Shown here: piece after piece, positions 25,380-38,264 of the stretch
How positions within the stretch are numbered: position 1 is the stretch's first letter
Layout of the letters: each line of letters begins with the position of its first letter
Assembly: GCA_030324005.1 (NCBI GenBank)
Contig: JARDVH010000157.1
Coordinates: 25,298,444-25,356,200 of the forward strand
DNA from: Negaprion brevirostris
Taxonomy: Eukaryota
Direction: 5' to 3'
Length of the DNA: 57,757 bases
The notes under the pieces: generated by a model
Seen by the model: only the letters and a program-made list of their open reading frames with translations
Told to the model about the DNA's origin: nothing
Databases searched by the model: none
Translations under genes and position numbers: made by a program

Positions 25380-26160
25380 CAACAACCACTTGTATTTATT
25401 TTACACCTTTAACCCAAAAGTTCCAGTGTGTTGACACCAAGCCAAAGGAATTATTTGGAGGGGGTAATAAAAAGATTGGTCAGAAGAGTGGGTTTTAAGC
25501 AGGTATTAATGGAAGAAATTCTACAACATATGCCTCTAAGTAACTGAAGGCATGTCAATGGTGGTGAATGGAGAAATTAAGATGCTAAACTAACAAAAAA
25601 ATACAGGGTGCAGTTGTAAAGCTGGAAGTAGTACAGAGATAGGTTGTGAAGGGATTAAACACATTTAAAATGTTCATTCTCGTGAAGCATTAGCGGGCTA
25701 ATAGCAGCGATGGGACTTTGTACAAGAGGATACAGAAAGCAGAAGATTGGGCACGGACAAGTTATGGAGAGTGAGGACATAGCAAGAAGTGCTTAGAATA
25801 GTTGGGTCTGGCGATGGCAAGTCATTTGTGAAGATTTTAGCAGCACATCTGCTAGATTAAGGACTGAGATATTACAGATGTGGAAACAGGTGGTCTTTGC
25901 AATAGGGAGAATATGGGATTGAATGAAACTCTGAGTTGAATAGTTGAGGCTGTTAACGATCAAAGATGATGGCTGGGGAAAAGGCTGAAATCAGTGGCAA
26001 GAATACAGAGTTTACACTGAGGGCCAAAGATAATGGCTTTCAACATAAACAGATTTAGTGAGGAGAAATTGGAATTGATTCATAGCCAGACGTTAAACGA
26101 GGAGTTCAGTGACAAACAGGAGAGTTGAGACAGATGTTGGGTGTTGTCAGATTGTTTGTG
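25380..26160 (-). mobile_element. Old L2-type LINE fragment
   Basis: acaaccacttgtatttat tail; homologous to 40270-41900. Confidence 0.65.
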
Positions 26161-26344
26161 TCTTATGACTAAGCTTTGGTACTGGCCTCACCTTGGGAGT
26201 GGGAAAATTAGCTAACTTTTCCCTTCCCTGGCCGTAAAAGCTCTCAACTGCAAACACAAGTGGTTACTTGTTGGAAAATGTGAAATGTGAAATATTTCTC
26301 CATCTGTCAATCTGGAAATAATTTTGAATTTACTTTTTTCTGAC

Positions 26345-26524
26345 CTGAGGTGTGCACTTTGCCTTTGTAGAAGAAATCTGCAACTTTCTTAATAACTAAA
26401 GGATTATAGATGATGTTCAGAGGTCGAGTGCTGACTTCCAATCTCCTCTCATAGTTACTCCGAACAGGATTTTTCTCATAAATCATTTCAAACACAGGCG
26501 GCATCTTACATAGAGACCCAAAAG
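26345..26524 (-). CDS. VPS13D: VPS13D exon ~16 (180 nt), AFGSL...PVFEMIYEKNP...KGKVHTS
   Basis: ttacag|CT acceptor, G|gtcaga donor, phase 1-1. Confidence 0.94.
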
Positions 26525-27013
26525 CTGTAAAATATAACAAGCAAAATTAGACCAATTGCATAAAAAAGGCCTCGTATTGGGTTTTATGATGCTCACAAAT
26601 TACTTCAAGCATTAGTACTTTCTCCTTTTCGAGGAAATTGGCTGCGTTGGACATGCTGTTCTGAATATCAAGATGCAAAATTCTGAATACAGAAGACCCA
26701 CAACAGCCCCAATAGTCAGGCACTCGTAATACTCCACCACCTTTTAAAAATAGTTGCGAAAAACTAAGAGAAAACCTAACATCAGCATGACAGAATTTTA
26801 GGTTTAAATAAATTTTTTTCCAGATCAGAGTCATATCGTGCTTACTTCATGCACTGATTTTCTTCCCTTAACTTTCCCTCATGACAACTCCCGATGGGAC
26901 ATGTCTAAGTAGGAACCTTCCTGGACTAGGCTTAAATTGGCCATTTCTGATGCTTAGTTCATCTATGTTCCTCAGTAATAAAAGGAAAGTAAATATTCTA
27001 GCATACGCCTCAC

Positions 27014-27089
27014 CTGGATGCATACCAGTTGCATCAGATAACGTGGAGCGCACGCCCAATGTTTGAGATAAACTTGCAGCATCTTTTTC
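27014..27089 (-). CDS. VPS13D: VPS13D exon ~15 (76 nt), EKDAASLSQTLGVRSTLSDATGMHP
   Basis: caatag|GAA acceptor, G|gtgagg donor; phase 0-1 is what is needed to join its neighbours; peptide is only weakly conserved. Confidence 0.88.
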
Positions 27090-27704
27090 CTATTGAAACA
27101 AAGAGGAGTCACAGACATACACACAGATTAGATTCTTCTTGGAGTTCCGGTTCCTCAGCTACAAATCTATGATTCCATTCGGGTAAAACAACAAGGAGTT
27201 AATTCAAATCAGATCAACTATGTCTTGCAGGCGCACTTCATTTCTCTCTTCCAAAAAAAGGACAATCAACATTGGAAATACCAAGGAGGATTATCTTTAA
27301 ATAAAGAACGCCCAAAATGAATGGTCTCATCATTCCATAACATCTTCTGATCCAGTCCCTGAAAAATCAACCCAAGATTGATAAACTCAACATTGCAGTT
27401 ACAACCCACACAGTACAATAAAATCAAGATAAATGATCAAAAGAAGAATACTTTCTGGGACAACTGCAAACATGACTGTATTGTATTAATGTTTTTCTCA
27501 GCTAACCTTCTTAAAATACAGCACGAGACAATAAGTGCACCAATCGTGCGCATTAACCAGAACTTTTATGCATATAGTGACATTAGCATAGTTAAACAAT
27601 CTGAGTCTTATCAAAAGAAGAGGTGCTGACACCAACAGAAGTGGGGAAAAAAATGCAAGTCAGTCAAAGATATTATTACAAATTTAGGTATAAGGGGACT
27701 TTTG

Positions 27705-28310
27705 AACATAAGAAATAGGTGTAGGAGTAGGCCATCTAGCCCTTCCAGCCTGCCCCGCCATTCAATAAAATCATGGCTGATCTGAAGTGGATCAGTTCCA
27801 CTTTCCTGCCTTGTCCCCATAACCCTTAATTCCCCTGTCTATTGGAAACCTATCTACCCGTGACTTAAATATATTTAGCGAGGTAGCCTCCACCAATTCA
27901 ACGGGCAGAGAATTCCAGAGATTCACCACCCTTTGAGTGAAGAAGTTCCTCCTCAACTCCGNNNNNNNNNNNNNNNNNNNNNNNNNNNNNNNNNNNNNNN
28001 NNNNNNNNNNNNNNNNNNNNNNNNNNNNNNNNNNNNNNNNNNNNNNNNNNNNNNNNNNNNNTTTTTTAAACAGCGGCGTAACATTAGCCGTTTTCCAATC
28101 TTCCGGCACTTCCCCAGAGTCCAGCGAATTTTGATAAAATAATTACTAAGGCATCCACTATCACCTCTGCCACTTCTTTCAGAACCCTGGGATGCATTCC
28201 ATCCTGTCCTGGGGACTTGTCCACCTTCAGCCCCATTAGTCTATCAAGCACTACCTCTCTAGTGATAGTAATCGCATTTAGGCCCTCATCTCCTAACATC
28301 CTTCTATCTT
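27705..28310 (-). mobile_element. Young CR1 fragment spanning an N gap
   Basis: LKVDKSPG.DGMHPRVLKEVA, PEDWKTANVTPLFKK, RRNFFTQRVVNLWNSLP. Confidence 0.93.
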
Positions 28311-28399
28311 TAATATCCAAATTTTGAAGATGAGCTGAGATCATTCAAACGAGAAAGTTAGATTAGAATTCCAGACTTGAGGTCGAGATTGTCAAAGAT

Positions 28400-28833
28400 T
28401 CTGCCATTGTTAGGAGGAATGAATTACTTCCTATTGATCAAAATAAATTCAAGAATAGAGATACCTGGGAGTCCACGTGCACAAAGTTAGCAGGGCAGGC
28501 TGAGAAAGCAGTTCCTGGGCCTTATAAACAGTTATGGAGAACAATAGCAAGGAAGTTATGATAAACCAAATATAACACTGGTTTGGTCTCAACTGGAGCA
28601 CAGTGTCCAATTCTGGTCACTATACTTTGGGAAGGATGTGAAATCAATGGAGAGAGTGCAGACTAGATTAACAAGAGTTTATAGATCCCAGGCATGAGGG
28701 GCTTCAGCAATTGTTTGGGAGGCAGATTCAATTGTGGCTTTCCAAAGGACATTGGGTAACAACCTGAAGAAAATTTGCACGGTTACGGGGAAAAGATGGG
28801 GAAATTATAAACTCAAACAGAGCTGACAAGAGT
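28400..28833 (+). mobile_element. Old CR1 3' fragment ending next to the exon ~14 donor
   Basis: ctcaactggagcacagtgtccaattctggtcac...gagagagtgcaga. Confidence 0.8.
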
Positions 28834-28843
28834 TGACACCTAC

Positions 28844-28974
28844 CGGTTTGGTTGAGACAAGGACAGGGAATAAGGATCCTTGTGTAGCCAAGTCTCGCAG
28901 GAACAAGCCTCCCAGTTGCACTGAGAGCAGCGAAGATTCCGTGCGAGGGGAGGACTCCACACCGATTTTCACAC
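28844..28974 (-). CDS. VPS13D: VPS13D exon ~14 (131 nt), GVKIGVESSPRTESSLLSVQLGGLFLRDLATQGSLFPVLVSTKP
   Basis: tttcag|GT acceptor, CCG|gtaggt donor, phase 1-0. Confidence 0.95.
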
Positions 28975-29409
28975 CTGAAATGCGTACAGAAAGTATTGTG
29001 ATGGTTTTTTCCTACCTCAGGATTATACAATGTTTCAGAGCAACGCATTTTTGTACTTTCAAATCAGCAAGAGATTCCTCAACACAAACTCGGTGAGATG
29101 GTTATCTGATGTCCCAATGTATGATTCATCCTTTCCCTCCCCCAGTTTTCTAATCTGAGCTAATAAAATTTGCTTCTGTTTTTAAAATCTACTGTGCTAA
29201 AAACTAAGGGGATGGGAGAATTTTTTTAAAAAGTTCAGAAAAGCTGCATGTCTGGCCTTTCAATCCTGGGCGTGTCACTATAAAGTGGCTTTCCCTTTAG
29301 TTTCTTTCTTGCATTCCTCAGTTTAGATTGCCCTTAGGATGACTGCCTTCTAACACACCCTATCATAACTGATTAGGACATTAGTCACAAAATACCAAGC
29401 AATACTGAA

Positions 29410-30965
29410 CAACACCTAGGAGAAAAGGACTACTGGTACTCATGTGGTCTTTACTTGAGCAGTGCTGCCGCCGGTATTCTGGCAAGCCATGTAACTGGGG
29501 ATGGGATCAAGAAGGCTTTGAACTAAATGGAAGGATGGAGTGAGACATATGTCTTATAATGTGATGTATGAAAGACAGAGGACAAGGCAGCAATAAGGGA
29601 AATAATGATCAGAATGTGATAGGGAGGGACACAGCATATAAACTCATGAGTGCACCAGCAGATCATGCTAGAGGTTGTAGCAATAACAAAAAGACAGAAT
29701 TAAAAGCAAACAGCATTTACTTCGAGGATGAATTGATGGCACAAGTAGAAAGAAAGAGGTATGATCAAATTGCCATTATGAAAATGCAGATGTTGGGTGA
29801 CCAAGGCTGGGAACTAAAAGTTTTAGAATATTTGACATTTAGGGAGGTTAGGCAAAAAGCAGAAAGGATCACATCAGCATATTAGTAAAAGAGGATCTTA
29901 GATCAGAAGTTTAAGCTACAGAATCAGTTTTGGTGGAGCTAAGAAACAGCAAGAGGCAGCTGACATTGGTAGAAGTTGTTTATAGAACACCAAATAGTTG
30001 TGGTAAGGTAGGGCGCAGATAATCAGGAAAATAGAGACGCATTGACAAGGGCAATGCAGTAATCATGGAGGACTTCAACTATATATAGACAGGGGAAATC
30101 TAATCAGCAGTAATGTCCTGGAAGATGAATTCTTTGAATCTATAAACAATGGCTTCCTAAAACACAATGTTGAGGAACCAGCTAGAAAACAGGCAATCTT
30201 AAATCTGGCATTGTGCAATGAGAAAGAGTTAATTATTAATCTTATTGTAAAGGAGCCAGTAGGGAAGAGTGACTATAATATAATAGAATTTCACATGAAC
30301 NNNNNNNNNNNNNNNNNNNNNNNNNNNNNNNNNNNNNNNNNNNNNNNNNNNNNNNNNNNNNNNNNNNNNNNNNNNNNNNNNNNNNNNNNNNNNNNNNNNN
30401 AACTTTGGAAGTAACGTAGTACAATGCAAAACTAGAATCTTAAATCTAAACAAAGGAAACTATGAAGGTATGAGGTACAAATTGGCTTTGGTAGATGGAA
30501 AACTGTATTAATAGGTATAATGGTAGGCAGACACTGGATATCCTTTAAAGAATTAATTTGTTGTTTACAGTACATTTGGGTTTGAGAAACCCCAGCAGGA
30601 AGTTGATCCAACAAGTTAGTTTCAGAAAGGATGTTTCTGCTGGCCGGGGTGTTCAAAACTGGGGGGCAGAGTCTCAGAATAAGAGATAGTCCATTTAGGA
30701 ATGAGATGAGGAAGAATGTTTTCACTCAGAGGGTGGTGAATGTTTGGACTACTCTACCCTCAAGGACTGTGGAGGTTCTGTCATTCAATATGTTCAAGAC
30801 AGGTCAATAGATAACTCTACATGTTAAAGGTAATAAGGGATAAGTATAGTGCACGAAAATGGCATTGAGGTAGATCACTTATGATCTAGATCACTTATGA
30901 TTTAGTTAAAGGGATGGAGCAAGTTTGAAGGACCACATAGTCTTTTTCTGCTCCTATTTTCTAGG
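29410..30965 (+). mobile_element. CR1 remnant: ORF1 end, APE endonuclease region, then 3' end
   Basis: DGLHL-like and EGLN*-like remnants at 29440-29527; gtaatcatggaggacttcaac (GDFN-like); L.L.LCNE; SDYN (SDHN-like); 3' UTR at 30610-30965. Confidence 0.85.
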
Positions 30966-31270
30966 TTTCTTTTCTCCTTTAATTGGGATTGGTGGCCTTC
31001 ACTCCATGATTAGTGAAATTTACATAGTTGGCAATATTTTAACAGTAAATATACTATATTTATAGAATAATTACACTATAATTGTTTTCCTCTTCTACTG
31101 CCATCCACAAGCTTTAAAACCCAAGCTTGGCATCACATAAGCACTATGTTTACCTTATCCTGGTTTCCTTTCTTCTTTTAGTGACGATATTTGTGGTGCC
31201 CCATACAATGGAAGATTCGCCATAAGTAGCTCTCAAAAATCTTCTCAATCCAAGTATGTTGGCAAATTAC

Positions 31271-31453
31271 CTGAAAACTCCAGTTCCACAAAAGTTGTCT
31301 CTGTCTCAGCAAGGCCCATCTCCTTGTCATGTTTGAGCAAACTGACAGTCCCACTTTGTAGCAGAAAGTTCAGTTTAACAAACACATGGTCCCTCCTTGT
31401 AAATGTATTCATGCTCGATGTGTCAGTCATTGTGTCAAAGATTTCATCAGTGT
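31271..31453 (-). CDS. VPS13D: VPS13D exon ~13 (183 nt), DTDEIFD...RDHVFVKLNF...ELEFS
   Basis: tgttag|AC acceptor, G|gtaatt donor, phase 1-1. Confidence 0.95.
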
Positions 31454-31579
31454 CTAACAAACAATAAAAAAAAGTTGTCTATTGAATTTTTAAAGAGTAA
31501 CTATGCAACATAATACCAATTATCTCACCATACATTACTCACACAGCCTGTGTTTTCTTTTAAGAAAAGGATCATGACA

Positions 31580-31955
31580 GGTATCATGGAATCCCGACAG
31601 TGCAGGAGGCCATTTGGCCCACTGAGTCTGTACCAACTGTCCGACAGAGCATTTTACCCAAGCTACAACCCCTCCCCATAACCCCACGTATTTGTCATGG
31701 CTAATCCCCCAACTCTACACACCTTTGGACATTAAGGTACAATTTATCATGGCCAATCCATCTAACCTACACATCTTTGGAGTGTGGGATGAAACTGGAG
31801 CATCTGAAGGAAACTAACACAGACATGGGGAGAATGTGCAAGCTCTACTCAGCCAATCATCCGAAGCAGGAATCAAATTATAAATTTAGGAAGCTTTTGA
31901 AGATGGCCTCACAGGTCCCTGGTGCAGTGAGGCAGCAGTGCTAGCCACTGTGCTG
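31580..31955 (-). mobile_element. V-SINE (HE1-like) with a ~33 bp insertion in the tRNA head
   Basis: Head, V-domain and CR1-type tail present; extra sequence at ~31878-31910 interrupts the B-box. Confidence 0.85.
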
Positions 31956-32364
31956 TCTCATGGTGATCAGCCATATTAAAAAGATTTAAACTTTACAATC
32001 ATCAACAGTGCATTTTATTTCTAATTGGTTGTGGTCACACCTATGAGAAACTTAGTCGCTCCAACAGCATTTTGCACGGATATATTTACACTGAACTGAA
32101 AGTAAACTGGTAACAAATAAGAATATATAAAGATTGCCTCTAGTGCTATTTAAATTGTTATGAACATCTAGTTTGTGTAAAGGTATCATGCATGCAAATA
32201 CCTTCCCAATTCAATCACAACTTTTTGAGGCTTGAACCAGAATCATTTTATCAATAAAGACCCAAAACTGGGGCATGCAAAAATAAAATGGAACATAAAT
32301 GCAGATGAACAGCAACTCCCCCTTCCATTTGCCCCCCAGGAGAATAGCTATTAAATGCAACAGG

Positions 32365-32640
32365 AAGTTTTTAATTATTTCATGGGATGTAGACATTGCT
32401 GGCAAGGCCAGCAGCACTTGTTGCCCATCCCAAACCGCCCTTGAACTGAGTGGCTTGCTGTGGCTCTGGAGTCACATGTAGATCAGACCGGGTATGCGTG
32501 ACAGATTTCCTTCCCTAAAGGACATTAGTGAACTTGATGGATTTTTACAATCAATCAACAGTCTCATGGTTACTACTAAACTTGTGTTTAATTCCAGATT
32601 TTATTCATTGAGTTTAAATTCCACTATTGCCTTGGACAGC
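32365..32640 (-). mobile_element. SINE sharing the family B LINE tail (partial + copy at 33480-33640)
   Basis: Reverse complement of 10050-10275 (cagatttccttccctaaaggacattagtgaac). Confidence 0.8.
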
Positions 32641-34482
32641 TGAGGTAAACAGACAGGAAAATTCTCAAATCCTATCTCCACCCTGAACTCAGTTTGCTGA
32701 CCTCACCTGGACAGCAAAATTTAGGATTTGGGAGAAAATGGATCCTTACCCTTTATTGTTATGAGGGCATGTTGAAATTGACATTTAACATCTGACATCA
32801 TCTGTGGGATTCATCTTTTGAAAAAGGGCAGTTTCAACCATTAACATAAAAGTGGACTTAAGGTGGCTATCAGAGGTCACTTAACTGTCTGTAACTGCAG
32901 GTTAGTCAAGTTTCTGGAAATTTCCAATGTGACAACAACTAAAATACATCCAGGAAACTCTCCTGTGGAATTTCACACCTGCTGATGTCAAAGATTATTT
33001 CAAAGGGGAAGCGGCCACTATTTGCATCACTATAAAAGCTACATTCCATTCTGTTAAGAGTCTACAGAGGCAATGGGTTTGTTGGAGATGTTGATATGCT
33101 CTTCGTAGCTCATTAAATGGGAGGGGGAGTCAAGCAGAGTATCTTGGACAAAAAAAAAATCACCTAAGGTACAACACAATAGTCAAGGCTTGTCCAGGCA
33201 TGAGCTAATCAATTACCTTTTGTGGAACACTCAATTAATACAGAGATAGAGGTTAAGTGATTGGGATCAACTTTCTTTCAATATCTTTTATTATAAAGCT
33301 TTGAAGCACAATAAAAACTGATCCTTTATTCTTTTAAGTTCAAAGCCTGTCAGATTGAGTTATTTATAATCAGCACACAATCAGTACATTCATCCTTATA
33401 GCTTTCAAAAAACCCTCTTATAATCAACCAAGGAATAGGGAAAAGAGGGGGAGCCCTTGTACCCATCCACATTCACAAATATCCTTTCCAGAAGGAAATC
33501 TGTTGCCCTTACCTGGTCTGGTCTATATGAAAGTCCACAGCTACAGCAATGTGATTGACTCTCAAGTACCCTCTTAACATAGACAATAAATGCTGGCCAG
33601 CCAGCGAAGCCCGTGCCCCACGAATATATGAAAAAAAAACACTATCCAGTGACAGGTTGTACAGCGATAGGTGAAAAAAAATGAGGGCAATGTTTGGGCT
33701 CAGTTGTATTCCCTCTCATGGTCAATAAGGCCCTTAAGCTTACAACTGAGAAATGACTCCTTGAGAGGGACCAAAATAGCATCAGTCATCTGTGGAAGAA
33801 GAATTACAGAACTAGAGTCAAAGGATACATGGGGTAGCCAAGAAAGTGGAGTTTCGGCCACAATCAGATCATGATTTTATCAAATGGCGGGGTGGGCTTG
33901 AATTGTGCTCAAGGCCTGATGTCTTTGCACATCAAATTTGGCAAAGATTGATAGAATCATTAGCAACCTTTGAGTCAATTCAATAATTCTTATTCCTCCA
34001 GATTTCTGGAGTCCTGGATTTGCGTAGCTATTGAATATTAGATTTAAAATGTCATATTGTCTATTTCAGAAAATTTCAGCTATGAACTAGGAGAGATATA
34101 TACAGGTGCTGGTTCCAACTGTTTTCCTGCCTGTTCGGAGTAAAAAGGAAACCCACCTCCAGTATCAAGAGCTTAAAAGGAGATAATGAAGATTACATAT
34201 TTTATAAAATTCATATTCATTGGGTAGATTCAATCTAATCAAAAAATTCTTCATTTCTAGTGGTAGAAATCATCATTTCAATGGTGAAAACATGACTGTG
34301 AATGGAGATATGGAACTATCGTACGGGAGGCACCCTGGTTAGATTTTTAAGTATAACATTAACTGAATAGAATTTCACAAAAATGCAAAATTCCAACAGA
34401 AAGCAAGGGCAACTCAAACCACACCTACAGTCACTCGGCTGCTCATTGTGAAGGAATTGAACAAACAGGAGTCCCATCGTAC

Positions 34483-34702
34483 CTAGCTCCTCTTCTGAAT
34501 TCCACCGCTGCTGCTCCTCTGCTGTGAGACCCTCCACCCTTATATTCTGCTCCATCTGCTGAGGATTCTGGGAGTAGCCGTACCAGCCGCCCCATCCAGG
34601 GAACCAGGACTGCAGGTACTGGATCATACCACTGCGATTTCCATGCATAGGTTCGGAGCGTGAGGAAGAACCCAGAGGTTCCGTTGGTGGCTCTCGCAGG
34701 CT
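34483..34702 (-). CDS. VPS13D: VPS13D exon ~12 (220 nt), SLREPP...QYLQSWFPGWGGWYG...SEEEL
   Basis: tgctag|AGC acceptor, G|gtacga donor, phase 0-1. Confidence 0.94.
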
Positions 34703-35988
34703 CTAGCAGAATGATCAAAAAGAAGGCGTGTATAAACCTCTGATGATTTCCAAAAGTATTTCCTGTGTGAACTTAAAGCAGCCCTAAAATGATGGACAAT
34801 TATATAATTGGTATGGACAGCAACTTTAATTTTTGTTACATGCCATAAATATAAGCAGTATCCCACTTGTCAGCCATTCTAAGAAATGCTTCAACACATT
34901 GCACCATGGTAAAATGGGGCTGCACTACAGCTCCACACATGCCACACTCCTGATTTCAAATTGGCTCGTTCCAGCAGCTTTCATGTAAACTCCTGCATTG
35001 CCAATTCTAGGACCAATGTTTCTACTAAAGCTCGATGTTCTAGTTTGAATAGTTCATTCCATTGCTATTTGCATGCTCCTTCTTTCACTTCCTCAACAGT
35101 GAGGAAGAAAAGCGCTGAATGTGAACTTTGATCATGGGATGTTGCCATCCATGAACGGAAGACCGCAGGAACAGAGAATGTATAAATCAAGGTTCATATA
35201 GTTAATACAGTAGCCAGATAACCCTGCTTCCAAGTTTCACCGGTTGCTCAGTGTACAAGAGCCCTGGACTAATGCACATATTTTGCTTCGCTGTTCCCAA
35301 CTCCAGCAGGTAGGCATTATTCTCACCATTTGCTGGAATGTTGATGGCAGCACCTTTTTATCTAGAAGATCCACCATCAAGATTAACAGTCTGTAGAACA
35401 AGATACTGAAAAATCTAATTTGCTGCATGTGATTGCCCAATACAGACTGCACAATTTCTAATTTCATTGCTGTGTTAGTGCAAGCCTAATTGGGACAATA
35501 ATAAATAAGATATTTCTACTCAAAATCTCATACCCATGTCCAGAGAGCTTAGGAACATATCGAAAAAGCCTCGGTTCAGGGACCTTGAAGGGTACTGCTC
35601 AGTATTACTCGATAAAACTGCACAGCTTACCACAATTGGTAACCTTCTTGTTGCTTGGCTCACTGAGGTAGGGTTCTCAAGCCAAATGGGAAAGACCCAA
35701 GACAAATCTACCCCTCCCAAGATGCTTTAGTGAAGCAGGTTGGATGGTCAATTACAAACAGTACTTTGTAATACTGAGAACCTTCATGGCACAGGTATTG
35801 AATTATTAAGTCTATCACTCAAGAACACGATCTTGATTTTCATCTTGGAATGATACAGGTCCCAACTGAGAGACACCGCAACTTAGCCATGGATGGATGG
35901 AGTTACTTCTTTTTTTTTTTATTATACATTAGTTTAATCCCAAAACACAAACATAAGTAAAGGAGAATCTTTACTCCCAAATCCTGAC

Positions 35989-36087
35989 CTCTGCAAGCGT
36001 ATCTTGCTTCTTGAACTGCTCATATACAATCTCTCGCAGGATTTTCAACTCCTCAAAGGTCTGTTCATCCTCAATTCGCTCCAACTC
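35989..36087 (-). CDS. VPS13D: VPS13D exon ~11 (99 nt), ELERIEDEQTFEELKILREIVYEQFKKQDTLAE
   Basis: taacag|GAG acceptor, GAG|gtcagg donor, phase 0-0. Confidence 0.95.
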
Positions 36088-36382
36088 CTGTTAATTAAAA
36101 GCAGCACAATACCAAACTACTTAGTCAGAATGAGATGAGGGGGATAGGGCCTGAAATATGATTTTACTAAGGCTTCCCTCAACCATTTCCACTTGCCTAC
36201 CACATATAAAACGAAGCATTTCATCAACTTGACAAGGTCATGAATACCAAAGCACAAAATCCTAGCAACTTTTAAAAAAAAAAATTGGTAATTATCAGGT
36301 CTTCAATGGGAGTAAATTAATTGAGATGCATAACAAGTGGTTGATCTGGTACCACCAGATCCTGCAAAGCACACCTCAAAGG

Positions 36383-36672
36383 GGATAGTTTCCTTGAACA
36401 GTGTGTGTTGGAGCCGACAAGGGAGTGAGCTATCTTGGATCTGGTGTTGTGTAATGAGGCGGGTAGAATTAGGGACCTTGTGGTGAAGGATCCTCTNNNN
36501 NNNNNNNNNNNNNNNNNNNNNNNNNNNNNNNNNNNNNNNNNNNNNNNNNNNNNNNNNNNNNNNNNNNNNNNNNNNNNNNNNNNNNNNNNNNNNNNNATGA
36601 TCTTATTGAATGGTGGGGCAGGCTCGAAGGGCTGGATGGCCTACTCCTGCTCCTATTTCTTATGTTCTTATG
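36383..36672 (+). mobile_element. Young CR1: endonuclease region and 3' tail joined across a 100-N gap
   Basis: ILDLVLCNE....RDLVVKDPL before the gap; 3' UTR matching 24450/27705 after it. Confidence 0.88.
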
Positions 36673-37118
36673 TCATCACTAGCAGTGCCATGTGCAAAGA
36701 CAGGACATTTCCATTATCCCTTCAGCAGCACTCAACAGAAATGCATCTGCATTGCACTGCTGGTAACAAGCAGATTGTCCTTCTCCGAACCAAAATAATC
36801 ACCCACATTCCAGCCCATAAAATCAACCTAATTGACAATGAATGCTGGGGAGTTCAATGTGTTGGCCAAGTCCCCCTTTATCCCTTACTTACACACTAAA
36901 CAAACTCATATTCCCAATGGAAGACAAACTACACCTGACAACACCAGCCCTAGCACAAACCCTCTGCCTGACATACAAGCTTCACCTCCCCTTCAAACAA
37001 ACCAACGTGTGCCCCAAGCAAGCCCCAAGCACTGTAACTGCTGTCCCTAAATTTCTAAAATATTGGAGTTGTTAAACTAATGAAATTAATGGGAAATTCC
37101 CACATAAGATTGTGTCAC

Positions 37119-37287
37119 CTCATCTTCAAAAGAATTCAGGCTTCCTTTCAGCTTATGATGGTATTTTTCCGTATACAATACAGCATCTCTTGCTCGTTGC
37201 AATAAAAACGTCCAGTTTAATCGTCTCCTCTGTTCACGGATCTCAGCGAGATTTGCATTCAGGGCGAAATTCCACCATTCCCGTGAA
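37119..37287 (-). CDS. VPS13D: VPS13D exon ~10 (169 nt), SREWWNFALNANL...SFEDE
   Basis: aaatag|T acceptor, GAG|gtgaca donor, phase 2-0; VPS13 WW motif. Confidence 0.95.
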
Positions 37288-37419
37288 CTATTTACAAGGG
37301 AAAATGAATGTATAGAATAGAATTTTACAACAACATTATCAAAGTCCTTTACCAAGAAACCTTTCAGAACGAATTCTACTTAGGCATACATAAAATATCA
37401 CAGTATCACTGCACACAAG

Positions 37420-37560
37420 GAGTGGAATTTTGAGTTTGGATGGTAGTGTAAAATAGACATTGTCAGATCTTCAATAGGAATGTAAATCTATTGAGATGCT
37501 AATGGGTGGTTGATCTGGTACGACCAGCTTTACACTACACCTCAAAGCAAAATTATATCC
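37420..37560. repeat. MITE-like imperfect inverted repeat; partial second copy at 36300-36382
   Basis: aattttgagtttggatggtagtgtaaa...gatc versus gatc...tttacactacacctcaaagcaaaatt. Confidence 0.6.
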
Positions 37561-38264
37561 CCTCCCTGGGAGTCAAGATCAAGAGTAACTTTCAGATAAT
37601 GGAGGGTTAGAAAAGAAAACGTGCCAGAACGTGCAGATGAAAAGCCATACACACTGTTGTTACTTTATGCTTTAAATTACTATGACCATTTTTGTAACAC
37701 AAACTGCCTTTGCAAATAAATCATGCTGTAGTGACACCCTCTTAATAATGGTAACATTGCAGAGGCAATTTCCACTATAATTGTGGCTATAGGAATTTAT
37801 ATGGAAAAGAAATGATGGCAAGAACATGCAGACTCAAGATAGAATAGATTGGATTGTAAAAAACTGAATTCCTCAGTGAGATGCAACAGTCAATTAGACC
37901 CAAGTGGCCATTCTGAGTAGCACAAGGCAATGAGATCTCCTCAGATGTGGTATGTTGACGGACAACTATAAGCCAGCCAGCATCAGGCACTGGCGTGCTT
38001 CATATCCTCCATCACTCCAGTCTATCCAGCCTGAAATAGCTGCCAACTTGGGATTTAAATAATAAAAACTGGAATGTAGAAGAATCTCCATAAGTAACTA
38101 CTTACCACTTGTAATCTCCAGTTATTGTTCACTACTTTTCTTTCTTCTCCCAAAGGTGCAAAACTCACACTGGAGCATAGTCCTATGAGCACCATTAGCT
38201 GTCCAGAATGAGTACTTTTATGTACACATCTAGATTATGGGTGTCAGAAAACTGTTTGACTGTG

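Noticed and set aside
30871-30902. 16-bp tandem duplication tagatcacttatgat(c/t)
   Set aside because: Simple slippage inside a decayed CR1 3' UTR.
35490-35730. Possible LF-SINE-like relic (also 14090-14250)
   Set aside because: Only short motif resemblance from memory; not enough to call.
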